Shown here: positions 39,033 through 48,790 of the stretch, one piece after another
How positions within the stretch are numbered: position 1 is the first letter of the stretch
Layout of the letters: the number at the start of each line of letters is the position of its first letter
Origin: Cyanobacteria bacterium J06626_4
Lineage (GTDB): Bacteria > Cyanobacteriota > Cyanobacteriia > Phormidesmidales > Phormidesmidaceae
Assembly (NCBI GenBank): GCA_038523235.1
Contig: JBCBJQ010000012.1
Coordinates: 35,307 to 99,306 of the forward strand
Direction of reading: 5' to 3'
Length of the DNA stretch: 64,000 nt
The notes under the pieces: generated by a model
The model's database searches: none
Told to the model about the DNA's origin: nothing
The model's input: the letters and a program-made list of their open reading frames with translations, nothing else
Program-made: the position numbers and the translations under genes

Positions 39033-40283
39033 CTAAACAGAGGCGACTGCTGGGGTTGAATGTTGCGGTAGCGCCGCCAGAACCCACTCATATTCGCGCT
39101 GGATCGAGGCCAGAATGTCGAGCTTCATGTTGGGTGGCAGAACCTCCCAGGTGTACGTTTCGATTTCTAAGTGACTGCAGTGGGAGATCTCAGGTAGGCG
39201 TTGGAGGATAGCGGTGATGTGGTCTTGGGTGGAAGCGAACGGTGGGCAGGCGTCAATGAAGATGGGGACATGGAAATGGGTCCGCCATTCAGTCGCGGGG
39301 GTGGTGGCTAGAGCGGGTAGGGCGTCTTGCAGATCGGTGTAGTGATATAAGGTGCCCGGCGATCGCTGCTCAATTACCTGATGTAGATAGGTCGACTCGG
39401 CAAAGAGCTCTAGATGCTGGGTGAGAATGCGGCGCTGGCCTGCATCCGCTGGAATCGGAATGCAAATGGCCGCACTCAACTGGAATTTGCCGATCTCAAT
39501 GCCGGCTTGCTGAAATTTGGCCAAAGCCCTTGTGGGGTCTTCATATTCCACGGCAAAGTGGCACGTGTCATAACAGACTCGAATATGCCGCCGCAGCCAA
39601 GTTTCAGCCTGAAGTGTGCTGATGCCGTAACGCTGCTGCAGATAGGATTGCCCTACAACCAATAGCCAGTCTTGAAAAAAGGCAATCGTCTCATCACTAT
39701 TTTCCAGCAATGCATCGGGCTCGGGTTCTAAATCTAAGTGCAGCAGTTTACCCGTAGTCACCTCGACGTGGGCCATCTCAGCGGCAAGTTGCGCCAACTG
39801 TAGACTACAACGCTCGAAGACCTCGGCCAGCTGCGCTGGGTTCGTCTGCCACCAGGGTTTGTAAGACAGCGGCACTGTAGAGATACCGCCATCCATGCCT
39901 GCGGGTAAAAGCTGGGCCAGAATTTTGACGAGCCGCTGGGTGTAGATCAGGCGATCGCGCATCGTCCAGTCCGGGGCATAAACGTGATCCTTCACCACCT
40001 GTCGGTGAAACCCTCCGTAAGGAAACCCGTTCAGCGTGAAGACATAACAATCTTGAGCGGTTAACCAGGTTTGCAGTTGCTTTAATCGGTCGCCGGTGAG
40101 CAGCGCTGTGCTAGCGGCACTCGCCAGACGCAACCCGATACCAAAGGGTGCACAGGGCGAGAGCTGCTGCTTCAAGGGCGGTATGTAGGTCTGCAGATTG
40201 TGAAAAACGCTGTCCCAATCTTCGCCTGGGTGAATATTGGTGCAGTAAGTCAGGTGGTAGGTGCGATCGCCAGTGATTTGCAT
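39033..40283 (-). CDS. eboE: EboE, xylose-isomerase-like TIM barrel protein
   Basis: 'HLTYCTNIHPGE', 'FTLNGFPYGGFH', 'EPEP', 'CYDTCHFAVEYE', 'WRTHFHVP', 'HLEIETYTW'. Confidence 0.92.
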   Translation of the reverse strand: MQITGDRTYHLTYCTNIHPGEDWDSVFHNLQTYIPPLKQQLSPCAPFGIGLRLASAASTALLTGDRLKQLQTWLTAQDCYVFTLNGFPYGGFHRQVVKDHVYAPDWTMRDRLIYTQRLVKILAQLLPAGMDGGISTVPLSYKPWWQTNPAQLAEVFERCSLQLAQLAAEMAHVEVTTGKLLHLDLEPEPDALLENSDETIAFFQDWLLVVGQSYLQQRYGISTLQAETWLRRHIRVCYDTCHFAVEYEDPTRALAKFQQAGIEIGKFQLSAAICIPIPADAGQRRILTQHLELFAESTYLHQVIEQRSPGTLYHYTDLQDALPALATTPATEWRTHFHVPIFIDACPPFASTQDHITAILQRLPEISHCSHLEIETYTWEVLPPNMKLDILASIQREYEWVLAALPQHSTPAVASV

Positions 40284-40398
40284 GGGCGGTAAGTCTCAAG
40301 GGCGGGGTGGTTAGTAAGGGATTCGGATTATTTTCACAATGGCGGCATTGACATCTGTCGCTGTATTGCATCGAGTCGAAATCACCCGATGAGCGGGA

Positions 40399-41610
40399 CT
40401 AGGCTTCAGTGGGTGCGAGCGTTTGCAGAACCGCGATCGCATCCCGATAACGTTCCAGGTCAACGTGATGCACTTCTAACCCAGTCCCGATGCCCTGGAG
40501 CAGCGTCAGGGTCAGCTCACCCCCGAGATGCTCGCGAAACTCCGTCAGTCCTCGAAAGAGGGAATCCGGGTGCTCTGGCTCATCCAGATGGCTAGAGAGT
40601 TCTGGCACATAGAGCGCAAACCCTAACGTTTGAAAGGTCTGACAAATTCGCTGCCAGTCCTCACGCGACAGTAAGCCGGAGAGATAGGAGTAGGTGCTAT
40701 CTAAAGCAATCCCAATGGCAACCGCTTCGCCATGGCGTAGCCGGTATTGGGTTAATTGTTCTAGACGATGCGCTGCCCAGTGTCCAAAGTCCAGCGGTCG
40801 CGAAGATCCCATCTCAAAGGGGTCGCCATGGCCAGCAATGTGCGCCATATGGAGCCTGGCACAGCGATGGATGGCGGCTTGCATGGGCGGCATCTCACGC
40901 TGGGCGATCGCAGCGGCATCGGTTTCAATCGCGGCAAAAAATTCGGCATCTTTAATGAGGGCTACTTTCAACGCTTCGGCCATGCCTGAACGCCAGTCGC
41001 GATCATTCAACGTGGTCAAAAACGTAAAGTCGTTGAGAACTGCATAGGGGGGCGCAAACGTCCCGAGAAAATTCTTTTTGCCATAGGCGTTAATACTATT
41101 TTTAACCCCAACCCCCGAATCATTTTGAGCTAAGACGGTTGTTGGGACCCGAATCAGGCGAATGCCCCGGTGTGCCGTTGCCGCCGCATAGCCGACCATA
41201 TCTAGAACGGCACCGCCGCCAATACCAATCACGTAAGAGTGTCGACAGAGGCCCACTTCATCCATGGACCGCTGGAGCTGCTCAATCAGGCCGACATCAT
41301 TTTTAGACGCCTCACCGCCGATAACCGGAACGGTGCTGGTGAGCGTTAGGACACTGCTGTAGTACTGTCCATAGACCTGAATTTGCGTCAATAAATGGGG
41401 ATGAAAAGACAATAAACCATCGTCGATGACGACCATGACTTTTTTCGGCCCGGCCTCGCCGTCAGCAGTAATGACATCGGCCAGTAGCGAATTTTCCGGA
41501 TGAAAAAGCTGCTCAGTAAAGTGAACGTCGTATCGAAAAGCCACCGCAAATTGCTGCTGAATCGGCTGATGGGTAAATCTTTTAACTGGAGTCGGAAATG
41601 TGGCAACCAC
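40399..41610 (-). CDS. eboD: EboD, dehydroquinate-synthase-like sugar phosphate cyclase
   Basis: 'GGGAVLDMVGYAAATAHRGIRLIRVPTTVLAQNDSGVGVKN' and 'DPFEMGSSRPLDFGHWAAH'. Confidence 0.9.
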   Translation of the reverse strand: MVATFPTPVKRFTHQPIQQQFAVAFRYDVHFTEQLFHPENSLLADVITADGEAGPKKVMVVIDDGLLSFHPHLLTQIQVYGQYYSSVLTLTSTVPVIGGEASKNDVGLIEQLQRSMDEVGLCRHSYVIGIGGGAVLDMVGYAAATAHRGIRLIRVPTTVLAQNDSGVGVKNSINAYGKKNFLGTFAPPYAVLNDFTFLTTLNDRDWRSGMAEALKVALIKDAEFFAAIETDAAAIAQREMPPMQAAIHRCARLHMAHIAGHGDPFEMGSSRPLDFGHWAAHRLEQLTQYRLRHGEAVAIGIALDSTYSYLSGLLSREDWQRICQTFQTLGFALYVPELSSHLDEPEHPDSLFRGLTEFREHLGGELTLTLLQGIGTGLEVHHVDLERYRDAIAVLQTLAPTEA

Positions 41611-41631
41611 AAGAAACCTCTGAATAAAAAA

Positions 41632-42564
41632 CTAGGTCACAGCAAACAGACGTGCTAACGCCATCGACAGGGGCAGTAGGGCCAAGACCAAGAGCCCAAA
41701 CAGCCAGCCAGCAAATCCGGCGGCGATCGCGGCATCCAGGACGATCAGCGACAGCACCCCCGATTTCACTGCTTTGCGAATCGTGACGGCACTCGGATCT
41801 TGAGCGGCCCGAAAGAAGGCTGGCAACACCAGCCCCGCAAAGAGCGTCGCGAACGGTAAGGCGGCTAACCAGCGATAACTGGCTAAGCTGGTGAGTCCCA
41901 GGATGCTGGTTAACACGATCAGCACCAGGGCGATCGCCAATATGCCAGTCTGTCGTTTGCCGCCTTCAACTTCGCCCTGACTGATCGCTGTAACCGCAGC
42001 AATATAGATGATGGGGATGACCGCGATGAACCACCGCTCTGCCAGCATGACCGGTAGGATACTGACGCCCAACAGCCAATTGCCCCCGCGACATAGCCCC
42101 ATGTTCAGGGGGCCGAGCCAACTTTGATGTTTGCCTAAGGCGTCATAAATCAGCGCCGCGATCGCGACGGCTGTCGCTAAGGCTGCGCTCACGAGGGAAA
42201 CCTGGGCAGCGGCCAGCACGCCCATGACTAACAAAGCACTGCCTAACAGCGTGGCTCCCAGCAGCGAAGCCCGACCACTCGGTAACGGCCGCTCTGGTCG
42301 CTCCTGCTGATCTAACTCAGCATCGAAAACATCGTTGAAGACCACGCCCCCGCCGTAGAGTCCACTCGTGGACAACAGCAACCAGCCGAGGGGCACCAGC
42401 GCACTAACGCTGAGCCCGCCGGCCCAGAGATTGGCTAACACTAGCCCGCTGCCGGCTGCCGCATAACCCACCAAGATATCGGCCCAAGCAGTCAGAATAT
42501 TCGCCGGTCGCATGAGTTGTAAGTAGGCCCAGACAGGCTGCGATTTCACCCCTAGCGCTTCCAC
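41632..42564 (-). CDS. eboC: EboC, UbiA-family prenyltransferase
   Basis: 'LMRPAN', 'NDVFDAELDQQERPERPLPSGR'; multiple TM helices. Confidence 0.92.
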   Translation of the reverse strand: MEALGVKSQPVWAYLQLMRPANILTAWADILVGYAAAGSGLVLANLWAGGLSVSALVPLGWLLLSTSGLYGGGVVFNDVFDAELDQQERPERPLPSGRASLLGATLLGSALLVMGVLAAAQVSLVSAALATAVAIAALIYDALGKHQSWLGPLNMGLCRGGNWLLGVSILPVMLAERWFIAVIPIIYIAAVTAISQGEVEGGKRQTGILAIALVLIVLTSILGLTSLASYRWLAALPFATLFAGLVLPAFFRAAQDPSAVTIRKAVKSGVLSLIVLDAAIAAGFAGWLFGLLVLALLPLSMALARLFAVT

Positions 42565-42619
42565 AGTCTCCCCCTTGTACTAAATAGTTTTGCGTTTTGA
42601 ATGGCGCGAATCCAGTGCC

Positions 42620-43546
42620 CTAGCGAATCACCATGGATTCTTGAGCCGGGTCATACACCGTCGGCGTTTGGCCCCGGAGGACGGAATTGCCGTCGTAGTG
42701 TTGCCGCTGGTCAATAGCAGGGGGGTTGAGCCAGTCGTCTGCTTGCATTTCGCCGCTCTGGCCATAGGCCTTGAGCGCATTGCCGTAGCACACGGCAGTC
42801 ACTTGGTCTGCCGGGATGTCGCTTTGCAACATGAGCTGAGCCGTTTTGGGCACGGCCAGCGGATCGCTGAGACCCCAATCGGCAGCACTGTCAATAATCA
42901 GGCGATCGCTGCCATATCGCTTCACGACTTCGACCATGCGCTCGTTGCCCATCTTGGTGTTGGGATAGATCGAAAAAGCACACCAAAAGCCGCGATCAAC
43001 GACTTCAGCAACAGTTTCCTCGTTAGCATGGTCAATCACGACCTGTTGCGGATCAAGACCATGCTCCAGACAAATGTCCATGCTGCGGCTAGTGCCTTCT
43101 TTCTTATTGCGGTGAGGCGTATGCACGAGCACGAGCTTGTCGAGCTCCTTGGCCAAATCCAGCTGGAGTCGGAAAAACTTTTCTTCCGCGGCGGTCATAT
43201 CATCGAAGCCGACTTCTCCGATCGCCACAACCCCTTCCTTGCAGGCATATAGTGGCAGCAGTTCCATCACCTGATCGGCCAGCACTTCATTGTTTGCTTC
43301 CTTAGGATTAATAGAAACGGTGCAGTAGTGGCGGATGCCAAATTGTCCGGCCCGAAAGCGCTCCCACCCAATCAAACTATTGAAATAGTCCTGAAAGGAG
43401 CCAGCATTGGTGCGGGGTTGCCCCAACCAAAAGGCGGGTTCGACGACGGCCACCACTCCGTACTCTTTCATCACGAGATAGTCGTAGGTGGTGCGGGAGG
43501 TCATATGGACGTGCGGGTCAATGACCATCATGTTGTTAGGCTGCAT
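42620..43546 (-). CDS. eboB: EboB, TatD-family metallohydrolase
   Basis: 'IDPHVHMTSRTT', 'AIGEVG', 'HTPH', 'IDH', 'DSAADWG.SDPLAVP'. Confidence 0.9.
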   Translation of the reverse strand: MQPNNMMVIDPHVHMTSRTTYDYLVMKEYGVVAVVEPAFWLGQPRTNAGSFQDYFNSLIGWERFRAGQFGIRHYCTVSINPKEANNEVLADQVMELLPLYACKEGVVAIGEVGFDDMTAAEEKFFRLQLDLAKELDKLVLVHTPHRNKKEGTSRSMDICLEHGLDPQQVVIDHANEETVAEVVDRGFWCAFSIYPNTKMGNERMVEVVKRYGSDRLIIDSAADWGLSDPLAVPKTAQLMLQSDIPADQVTAVCYGNALKAYGQSGEMQADDWLNPPAIDQRQHYDGNSVLRGQTPTVYDPAQESMVIR

Positions 43547-43630
43547 GGTGTTCTCAGGTAGATATTGATCAGAAGCCAGGAAAAAATTGAGCGCTCAGAG
43601 CGGCGGTCAAGACTTGAGAGCGGCGGTAAC

Positions 43631-44551
43631 TTAGGGATGAGTGATACTCAAACGCTCCCAGGTCAGTTGGCCATTAGCGACTTTTTGCTGTAACGTCGGC
43701 ACCCGTTCTAATAGGGCATGGGCTGCTGCTGAGGGCGCACTAGCGCAGGCCAACGCGGCTGCTTGCTGTTCATGGGGCACATCACTGCTGAGGGCACGCT
43801 CTAAATCAGCCACCAAGGAGCCTGTCGCAAACCAGCCGAGGGGCCTCCATAACTGCGGATTCACAGGCCGCCCAGCGGCCCATCGTTCATGAGCATAATC
43901 AGATAGCATTTGTGCCAGCTTGGCGTTGGCGCGCGCTTCTAGCCCCTGAATTTGGCTCAGACGGCTGTCAACAAACAGCGCTTTTAGCACCATCTGATTC
44001 CAGGCGGCTTCGTCAAAGTAATCGGCAGGATAGGGATTGTTCAGAGCGATCGCGTTGAAAGCGGCAGTCACGTTGGTTCGCAATCCGTCAATTGCGTGGG
44101 GCCGCAATCGCTCGGGATAGGCCAGCAGCGGCAAGCTCTGATATAGGGCGACTTGCTCGGCAACATCAGCGGCTGAGAGTAATTTCTCAATAGCGGCCAC
44201 GTAGCGATCGCTATCCTCGTCAGGAAAATTGAGTAGCAGTAAAGTTCTGACGGCTTGGTCGGTACTCCAATCGCCGGGCATCCATCCAGCTCGCAACGTT
44301 TGGGCCATCTGTAATTGCGGTTCAGTTAAAGCTAAATCAACCTTCCCAACCCGTCGTGATGCAGCACTAAATCGAGTGAACAGGAATCGCTCTGAAGCAG
44401 CTTCAGAAAGTTGCTGACAACTTTGATTAAGCCAATCTAGAGCTGATGCAGAAAGGCACTGCGATAACCACGTCTGCAATGCCTGAATAATCTGCTGGAC
44501 AGAATAAGATGTGTCAGATTCAGTCAATAAATGCTGAGTACTAGCAACCAT
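43631..44551 (-). CDS. eboA: EboA domain protein
   Basis: 'GLRTN....FNAIA.NNPYPADYFDEAAWNQMVLKALF', 'DYAHERWAAGR'; first gene of the cluster. Confidence 0.9.
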   Translation of the reverse strand: MVASTQHLLTESDTSYSVQQIIQALQTWLSQCLSASALDWLNQSCQQLSEAASERFLFTRFSAASRRVGKVDLALTEPQLQMAQTLRAGWMPGDWSTDQAVRTLLLLNFPDEDSDRYVAAIEKLLSAADVAEQVALYQSLPLLAYPERLRPHAIDGLRTNVTAAFNAIALNNPYPADYFDEAAWNQMVLKALFVDSRLSQIQGLEARANAKLAQMLSDYAHERWAAGRPVNPQLWRPLGWFATGSLVADLERALSSDVPHEQQAAALACASAPSAAAHALLERVPTLQQKVANGQLTWERLSITHP

Positions 44552-44819
44552 GATTTCTAGATATATATTTAGCTATTCTTAGGCAGCGGCAATTACCAGC
44601 CATCAGCCTTAAAATCTTTAATCAAATGCTGTTCCATTCAAATCAATAAATGTTTGCAGGAACAGGAAAGCGAATCAAAAGGCCCTGATGCTATAAAAGC
44701 AAGCCTTCGGCGACTTATGCTGATTGTGGTCGCCGTTGCTATGAGGTTGCAAGAGGTACGTCCCAGCCTTCACCAAAACTTTAATCAATTTCTCCTAGAA
44801 ACTACGCAATTTGAAGATA

Positions 44820-45110
44820 CTGTTTTGCCTGATTTGACAGCTCAACATGAAAACTACGTAAATCTCATCATTATTCTGTTGACAGTGCCCCTAGCCCTAT
44901 ACAGCACCTTTGGATTCATTGCTCCTCGCGGCATCAATAATAATGTCTATGTGCTGGTGACGCTGGTGCTGCTGATTGGCTGCTTTAGTAAAAACACCAT
45001 GCTGATTGTCGAATTTGCGAATCAACTGAAAGAGACTGAACTCACCATTATGCAAGCCGCTCAAACAGCAGCAGAAAAACAATTCTGCTCCATTTTGATA
45101 GCGGAACCCT
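44820..45110 (+). pseudogene. Degenerate C-terminal fragment of an RND permease
   Basis: 'ENYVNLIIILLTVPLAL...NNVYVLVTLVLLIGCFSKNTMLIVEFANQL' matches AcrB-family TM8-TM10; the rest of the gene is absent. Confidence 0.8.
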
Positions 45111-45187
45111 GTCAACTTAAATGTTGTTATGGACTCTGTCAGAATTAGGCCGGGCAAGTCCGTGCATGTGAGCTACAAAGCTTGGAA

Positions 45188-45485
45188 GTAACGCGATGTG
45201 TAACTCAACAGATTTCCTTTTTAAGGAGCAATTAAATTCTCGAATTGTAGACAAAGCCTGCTGTCGAGGTGATTGAGCCGAGTATTGTCACTGCTTGATG
45301 TGACTGTAGAGCAGGGTCACCAGCGTTAACGTCTGGACTGCCAGTTCGATGGTGAGAACCTGCCGAATAGAGCCTTTATTGCCTAGTGACAGTTCCCTCA
45401 GACTCACATCAAGTCCAGACGCTTACCCTCAACCAGAATCCCAGGAGGGAACCTGTACTCAACCATGAGTTGCACATTGCATTGG
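45188..45485. mobile_element. Degenerate IS remnant / MITE-like element (~300 bp)
   Basis: Left end GTAACGCGATGTGTAACT matches 63921-63938 at 17/18. An imperfect inverted copy lies at 45467-45485. Confidence 0.55.
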
Positions 45486-45618
45486 TCAGCTCTCTCGTCA
45501 AAGCAACAACAATGCATACCCGACGGTATACATCAGGTAATCAGTGCCCTGTCACCCGACATCAACTCTAAAACGTTCAATTTTCAGGAGCTTCGGCGTC
45601 TTCCAGAAAAATACACAA

Positions 45619-45690
<72 letters not shown>

Positions 45691-45910
45691 ATTTCAGTTA
45701 CCTAGCATATCAAACAGAACTCCTGTTAAACGATATGGTCGTGGGTAATTTTGGCCCTGCGATCGCCCCACCTCTCTGGAAATGAGCAGATGATAACGAA
45801 GATCAACATCACTTGAAGAAATAAGACGTTGGTCAACACTCCTGCAACGTTGCCCATGAACCGGCCAGCATTGAGACTTAATGGAGATACAGAGTTAGGC
45901 ATTTATACTC

Positions 45911-46138
45911 ATGGCGTATGCATGTGAATCCCAGTTGGCCCTGACGCTCAAAAATGTACTGCCTCGCCGTCTGCAAGAACATCCCTGGAGAATTCTTGAG
46001 CTAGCAAAAGAATTGGCCCGAGAGTTTGATTGTCCTCTTTGCGAAATTCTGACCCCGATGGGTGAAGCGCTTGCAGAGCTGACAGCAGCCCACTCGATCA
46101 AATTTGATGCGGTTGAGAAATCTCTCATGCTGGCTTGA
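45911..46138 (+). CDS. Small hypothetical protein
   Basis: 75-aa ORF with plausible helical composition; no recognised motif. Confidence 0.55.
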   Translation: MAYACESQLALTLKNVLPRRLQEHPWRILELAKELAREFDCPLCEILTPMGEALAELTAAHSIKFDAVEKSLMLA

Positions 46139-46230
46139 GCAGGGTTTTGGATGGCCACGCTAAAGAGAGCAATTCTGCTGAAAAACTGCCAAAATACTGC
46201 TCATATTCTGAAAAATGACACAAAAGTTTT

Positions 46231-46611
46231 ATGGCAGATGCAAAAAATGTTCTCGGTGGACCACTCGCACCCTGTTCGACTGAGCCCATGACGGGATTTT
46301 ATCGAGATGGCTGCTGCAATACTGGGGCCGGCGATTTCGGGGTGCATGTCGTCTGCGCCCAAATGACCTCTGCCTTTTTGAGCTACACCCGTGCTCAGGG
46401 CAATGATCTCAGCACACCCATGCCGATGTACAACTTTCCGGGTCTCAAACCGGGCGATCGCTGGTGTCTCTGCGCTGCCCGTTGGAAAGAAGCCTATGAC
46501 GATGGGGTGGCACCGCCGGTCGTCTTAACGGCAACCCATGAAGCGGCGCTCAAAACCGTGCCGCTTAAACTACTGCGAGAATGTGCTCTAGATGCCGAGG
46601 CCGCGAGCTAA
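46231..46611 (+). CDS. DUF2237 family protein
   Basis: 'NVLGGPLAPCS..PMTGFYRDGCC', 'GNDLSTP', 'GLKPGDRWCLCAARW'. Confidence 0.92.
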   Translation: MADAKNVLGGPLAPCSTEPMTGFYRDGCCNTGAGDFGVHVVCAQMTSAFLSYTRAQGNDLSTPMPMYNFPGLKPGDRWCLCAARWKEAYDDGVAPPVVLTATHEAALKTVPLKLLRECALDAEAAS

Positions 46612-46631
46612 GGCCTCTAAACAGCAGCGGC

Positions 46632-47480
46632 TCAAACCATGCGCATACTCAGATCGAGCCAGGGTGATCGCGTAATCGGAGCACTTGTAGAGATGTAGTC
46701 GACGTCAGTTTTAGCCACTGCTCGCAGGGTATCGAGCGTCACATTGCCAGACGCCTCAATTTTGATGTGGGGCTGCGCCTGACGAATTTGTTGCACCGCC
46801 TGCCCCATGAGGTCAGGCGTCATGTTATCGAGCATGATGATATCGACCTCAGCCGCCAGCGCCACCGCGACCATGGCCAATGTTTCTGTCTCTACTTCAA
46901 TCGTGAGGGGATAGGGTATATTCTCGCGAATCTGGGCGATCGCCGCTTCAATACTCCCAGCTGCCACAATATGGTTATCTTTCACCATCACCGCATCGTC
47001 TAATCCCAAGCGATGGTTGCGAGCCCCACCAACCCCGCTGGCGTACTTTTCTAATAGTCGCAAGCCAGGTGTGGTCTTGCGGGTGTCGACAAGTTGAGCC
47101 GGTAAGTCCGCAATTTCATCAACATATTGGCGGGTCAACGTAGCAATACCGCTCAGTCGCATGGCCAAATTTAGGGCCACTCGCTCACCCATCAGTAATG
47201 AGCTGAGCGGCCCTTGTATCTGTGCGATTTCCGTTCCAGCTTCACACCAATGGCCCTCTTCCACCATTGGTAGCCACTGCGTTTGTGAATCGAGCAGCGC
47301 AAAGACCCGGGCAGCCATCGGCAAACCCGCCACGACCCCAGGTGCTTTGGCGATCCAGATCGCTTTATATATATGATGCGCGATCGCCCCCAGCCCCATC
47401 GTCGTGAGATCGCCCCGACCAATATCTTCCTGTAACCAGCCCCGCAGCAGCGGATCTAAAACCACATCAGGGGGTAGCAC
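46632..47480 (-). CDS. nadC: Quinolinate phosphoribosyltransferase
   Basis: 'DTRKTTPGLR', 'NHRLGLDDAVMVKDNHI', 'IEVE', 'IIMLDN', 'EASGN'. Confidence 0.97.
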   Translation of the reverse strand: MLPPDVVLDPLLRGWLQEDIGRGDLTTMGLGAIAHHIYKAIWIAKAPGVVAGLPMAARVFALLDSQTQWLPMVEEGHWCEAGTEIAQIQGPLSSLLMGERVALNLAMRLSGIATLTRQYVDEIADLPAQLVDTRKTTPGLRLLEKYASGVGGARNHRLGLDDAVMVKDNHIVAAGSIEAAIAQIRENIPYPLTIEVETETLAMVAVALAAEVDIIMLDNMTPDLMGQAVQQIRQAQPHIKIEASGNVTLDTLRAVAKTDVDYISTSAPITRSPWLDLSMRMV

Positions 47481-47634
47481 CAGCTCTTTGCCTCGCTTGT
47501 TTCTGTGCCTATCAGGTTACGATATTCTCACTGACGTCGGTAAAGAGGGCTGCTCTGACGCGAAACCAACGAGAGTCAGCGCCAGAGACAGGGCTAACTC
47601 TGCACACCCAGAAAGATTTGTGTTACTTTTAGCC

Positions 47635-47921
47635 CAGTGCTGAAACACGCACTCAATCTAACAATAAACACCGTTAGGGATTCAAGGAGGTGATGCCCAT
47701 GTCAGATAGTAGTAAACGCATGGGTCTCCAGGTTGAGGTAAGCCGGCTGTGCGCCGGGGCTGTTCACTAGGAACCAGTGCCAATCTCTCTGCAGATTGCC
47801 TGACCGATTGAAACTGGATTCTGGAGTTCCTCCCGGCAGTCTGGTTTCAACCTGAGACCCGCTAGACCGCCCCTACTCTCTGAAGGGTTTTCCTTCCACG
47901 AGTAGGGGCGGATAGTTTTTT
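47635..47921 (+). ncRNA. Candidate structured RNA / small-ORF transcript (5' end approximate)
   Basis: Several long complementary segments, a perfect SD with a 23-codon ORF and an intrinsic terminator, in an intergenic region with no large ORF. Confidence 0.6.
47867..47921 (+). terminator. Rho-independent terminator
   Basis: CCGCCCCTACTC (47867-47878) pairs with GAGTAGGGGCGG (47900-47911), followed by a T-tract. Confidence 0.8.
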
Positions 47922-48277
47922 AAAGAGCAATTGACTTACCACAGCCCTATCTGCTTTTAAGCGGAGCGCTAGCAATTCTCGTTGTGTAGGTTTTATCGCT
48001 GGTTTGAAGCTGGTTATCGACTCATCAGACTTTCAACCAAGCAAAAGAATCTCACTGGCTGACTCCAAGCACAATCGCCCTGGTGATGACCAGCTCAGCC
48101 GACGCAACGACCAACGAACTGCATGTCAGCATCATGAGCCCTGGCGTCTGTTTTTTTCACCACGGCTATTTCCTCACAGCTGATAGACACTGGAAGAATG
48201 GATAAGGATAGAACCGCACCGATCAATTCTCGCCAGTCAGCTATCCCCATTTGATATCAACCAAAAATACCCCCCTC

Positions 48278-48559
48278 ATGGCCACCTTATTAAACGGCGC
48301 TGAAATTCAAGCCCAATTGACTTCACTCAGCAACTGGGAGCAAGACGGTAATACGATCAAAACGGTGAAGACCTTCGACGGTTTCCCCAGCGCAATCGTT
48401 TTTATCAATCAGCTCGTGGAGCCGGCAGAATCAGCAGGCCATCACCCTGACATCACGATTTCCTACAACAAAGTGACGCTGAGTTTGACCACGCACGACG
48501 CTGGCGGGCTGACTCAACAGGACTTTGCGATGGCTGCTCGCATCGATCAGATGCTCTAG
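48278..48559 (+). CDS. Pterin-4-alpha-carbinolamine dehydratase
   Basis: 'AESAGHHPDI', 'LTTHDAGGLTQQDFAMA'. Confidence 0.93.
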   Translation: MATLLNGAEIQAQLTSLSNWEQDGNTIKTVKTFDGFPSAIVFINQLVEPAESAGHHPDITISYNKVTLSLTTHDAGGLTQQDFAMAARIDQML

Positions 48560-48769
48560 CTCACGTCCTGCAGCAGTCAGATTGTATCGGGCCAAACTAG
48601 GCGGTGGAGCTGTGCCAGATCTTTTTGGTGTCCATGGGCTAGTGTGCTCGAAATAGATCTGCTAGTATCAATGTTGTGATAAGTAGTGTGCGGTTTATCC
48701 GTGGCTACATGAGTGATTACACAACGGCTTAGGCTTTTTTGTCTAAGCGCTTTAAACCTTTATCTCAAG

Positions 48770-48779
48770 GTGTGAGGAG
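48770..48779 (+). promoter_or_regulatory. Putative Yfr1 sRNA target site in the porin 5' UTR
   Basis: GTGTGAGGAG is the reverse complement of the conserved Yfr1 core CUCCUCACAC; it ends 11 nt before the ATG. Confidence 0.75.
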
Positions 48780-48790
48780 AAAAGAAGGTA

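Noticed and set aside
40399..41610. Call as housekeeping aroB or as a mycosporine-pathway cyclase (mysA)
   Set aside because: The 'DPFE.GS.RPLDFGHW.AH' motif and ebo context fit EboD; no O-methyltransferase or ATP-grasp genes are adjacent
43597..43627. AGAGCGGCGGT direct repeat between eboA and eboB
   Set aside because: Only two short copies; no supporting promoter or structural context
44654..45148. 164-aa ORF as an intact gene
   Set aside because: Only its second half resembles an RND fragment, with degraded conserved motifs; treated as a pseudogene
48707..48717. ACATGAGTGAT upstream of the porin, identical to the left part of TetR operator 1
   Set aside because: The right half-site CTCAT is absent; probably chance
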